Of a stretch of 64,000 bases of DNA, positions 62,264-64,000 are shown piece after piece. This stretch comes from a candidate division WOR-3 bacterium. GTDB taxonomy: Bacteria > Hydrothermota > 32-111. The notes under the pieces were generated by a model. The model was not told where the DNA came from. It saw only the letters and a list, made by a program, of their open reading frames with translations, and ran no database searches. A program made the position numbers and the translations under genes. Numbering within the stretch: the first letter of the stretch is position 1; every line of letters starts with the position of its first letter. The stretch is taken from NCBI GenBank assembly GCA_039804105.1, contig JBDRZU010000002.1, positions 320,001 through 384,000 of the forward strand, read 5' to 3'.

Positions 62264-63019
62264 TTATCCAAAAATTCCTGTTATATATTCTTCTGTTCTC
62301 TTGTTTTCTGGTGCTGTAAACATTTTTTTTGTTTCTCCAAACTCAACTATTTCTCCAAGATATATAAAAAGTGTATAATCTGACACCCTGCCTGCCTGTG
62401 CTATATTGTGAGTTACAATTATTATTGTAAGTTGTTCTTTCAAAACTTCAAGTAACTCTTCTATTTTTTGTGTTGATTTTGGGTCGAGTGCTGAAGTTGG
62501 TTCATCCAAGAGCAAAACTTCTGGATCGTTTGCAAGAGCTCTTGCGATACATAATCTCTGTTGTTGTCCACCAGAAAGAGACAAAGCACTATCAAACAAT
62601 CTATCTTTAACCTCATCGTAAAGCCAGACATCTTTTAAACTTTTTACAACTTTTTGATCCAGAAAAGATTTATCTTTTATTCCTTTGACTCTCAGACCAA
62701 AAGCAACATTTTCGTATATTGAAAATGGAAATGGGTTCGGTTTTTGAAAAACCATTCCTATCTTAGTTCTCAAAAGCGATAGATCAACATTTTTATCGTT
62801 GATGTTCATTCGATCAAAAATTATTTTCCCTTCAACCCTTGCATTATAAAAATCGTTCATCCTGTTAAAAGATCTTATAAGAGTTGATTTTCCACAACCA
62901 GAAGGACCAATTATCGCAGTGACTTTTTTTTCAAAAATCGAAAGGTTTATGTTTTTAAGAACCTGTTTTTCATTAAAATAAAGATTAAAATTTTCAACTT
63001 TAATTTTTTCATTCACCAT
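62264..63019 (-). CDS. pstB: Phosphate ABC transporter ATPase
   Basis: [37 protein letters not shown]. Confidence 0.97.
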   Translation of the reverse strand: MVNEKIKVENFNLYFNEKQVLKNINLSIFEKKVTAIIGPSGCGKSTLIRSFNRMNDFYNARVEGKIIFDRMNINDKNVDLSLLRTKIGMVFQKPNPFPFSIYENVAFGLRVKGIKDKSFLDQKVVKSLKDVWLYDEVKDRLFDSALSLSGGQQQRLCIARALANDPEVLLLDEPTSALDPKSTQKIEELLEVLKEQLTIIIVTHNIAQAGRVSDYTLFIYLGEIVEFGETKKMFTAPENKRTEEYITGIFG

Positions 63020-63861
63020 TTTCTCTGCCTCCTGAGTTTCTGTCGTATAAGTATAGCCGAAAGATTCAAAATCAGCACAAGCAACAATAGAACGAACGCT
63101 GATTTATATGCTATTGGAACCTGTTTTTCTGGAGAAACTCCTTCGGTTACTAGCCCATAGATATGATATGGAATAGCCATAACTTCACTCGATAAAGATT
63201 TTGGTAGTTTCCTTGAATACAATGTTGCTGCTGTAAACATTATTGGCGCGGTCTCTCCCGCTATTCTACCCACACTTAATATTAACGATGTTAGAATGTT
63301 TGGAAAAGCAATAGGAATAGAAATTTTGTATATCGTTTCAAACTTCGAACAACCCAAAGAATATGCTGCTTCTTTAAAAGTTATTGGAACACTTTTTAAC
63401 GATTCTTCAACAGATTTGATTATTATCGGTAAAGATAAAATTGCAAGAGTCAAACTTCCCGACAGAAGAGAAACTTCAAGAGAAAATTTTATCACAAAAA
63501 AAGATAATCCGAAAAGTCCAAAAATGATCGATGGTATACCGGAAAGTGTTGTTATAGAGGTTTTTAAAAGGTCAACTAAAAATTTTGGTTTTCCATATTC
63601 TGCCAAATAAACCGCTGTTATAACACCTACCGGAAAAGAGAATATTATTGAAAGGATCGTAAGATAAAATGTACCAACTATTGCTGGGAATATGCCACCT
63701 TCCGTCATTCCATTCTTAGGAAATGTAAACAAAAATTCTGGAAAAATACCTTTATATCCATTTTTAAAAATCGGTACAAGAAAAATCAAGAGTGAAGATA
63801 TTGTTAAAATTGTTGTAACATATATAACTATCTCAAAACCTTTTTCTTTAATTTTTTTCAT
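63013..63861 (-). CDS. pstA: Phosphate ABC transporter permease
   Basis: [30 protein letters not shown]. Confidence 0.93.
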   Translation of the reverse strand: MKKIKEKGFEIVIYVTTILTISSLLIFLVPIFKNGYKGIFPEFLFTFPKNGMTEGGIFPAIVGTFYLTILSIIFSFPVGVITAVYLAEYGKPKFLVDLLKTSITTLSGIPSIIFGLFGLSFFVIKFSLEVSLLSGSLTLAILSLPIIIKSVEESLKSVPITFKEAAYSLGCSKFETIYKISIPIAFPNILTSLILSVGRIAGETAPIMFTAATLYSRKLPKSLSSEVMAIPYHIYGLVTEGVSPEKQVPIAYKSAFVLLLLVLILNLSAILIRQKLRRQRKW

Positions 63862-63862
63862 T

Positions 63863-64000
63863 CTATTCTCTTTTCAAATTTTTTATGAATTTATTTGATA
63901 CCAATGTTAAAAAAAGTGTTAAAAACAAAAGAACAAGTGCTATACCATAGAGAACATAAAAATGTGTCGTTCCAACCGCTGTTTCTCCCATCTCAGCAGC
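63863..64000 (-). CDS. pstC: Phosphate ABC transporter permease, C-terminal part (truncated by the window edge)
   Basis: Hand translation AAEMGETAVGTTHFYVLYGIALVLLFLT...KRE*, immediately upstream of pstA. Confidence 0.85.
   Translation of the reverse strand, partial: AAEMGETAVGTTHFYVLYGIALVLLFLTLFLTLVSNKFIKNLKRE

Overview
AT-rich (roughly 30% GC by eye), densely packed bacterial chromosome segment. It is probably from a diderm FCB-related lineage such as WOR-3/TA06; this is inferred from a T9SS-type C-terminal sorting domain protein, PpiD and gatCAB. Most of it is core genome: eno, gatCAB, pcrA, valS, tyrS, trpS, nadA, panB, alr, fba, dgt, comM, pstCAB-phoU, tRNA-Val(TAC), tRNA-Met(CAT) and tmRNA. 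It is unusually rich in signalling genes: four histidine kinases, two stand-alone response regulators, a double-cyclase/NTPase/TPR protein and an HD-GYP/TPR protein. I saw no CRISPR array, integrase, IS element or prophage. Best candidates for new biology: (1) a globin/phycobiliprotein-like plus CarH-type B12-binding sensor coupled to a soluble hybrid kinase, behind an apparent sigma54 promoter (double TGT-N12-ACA enhancer, IHF-like site, -24/-12-like element); (2) an unannotated 25-aa Lys-rich peptide gene with its own promoter, SD and terminator, directly upstream of a soluble-adenylyl-cyclase-like STAND gene; (3) three CCA-less stable RNA genes abutting or overlapping SD-less CDSs; (4) a frameshifted AhpD-like gene; (5) a possible bacterial ceramide synthase.
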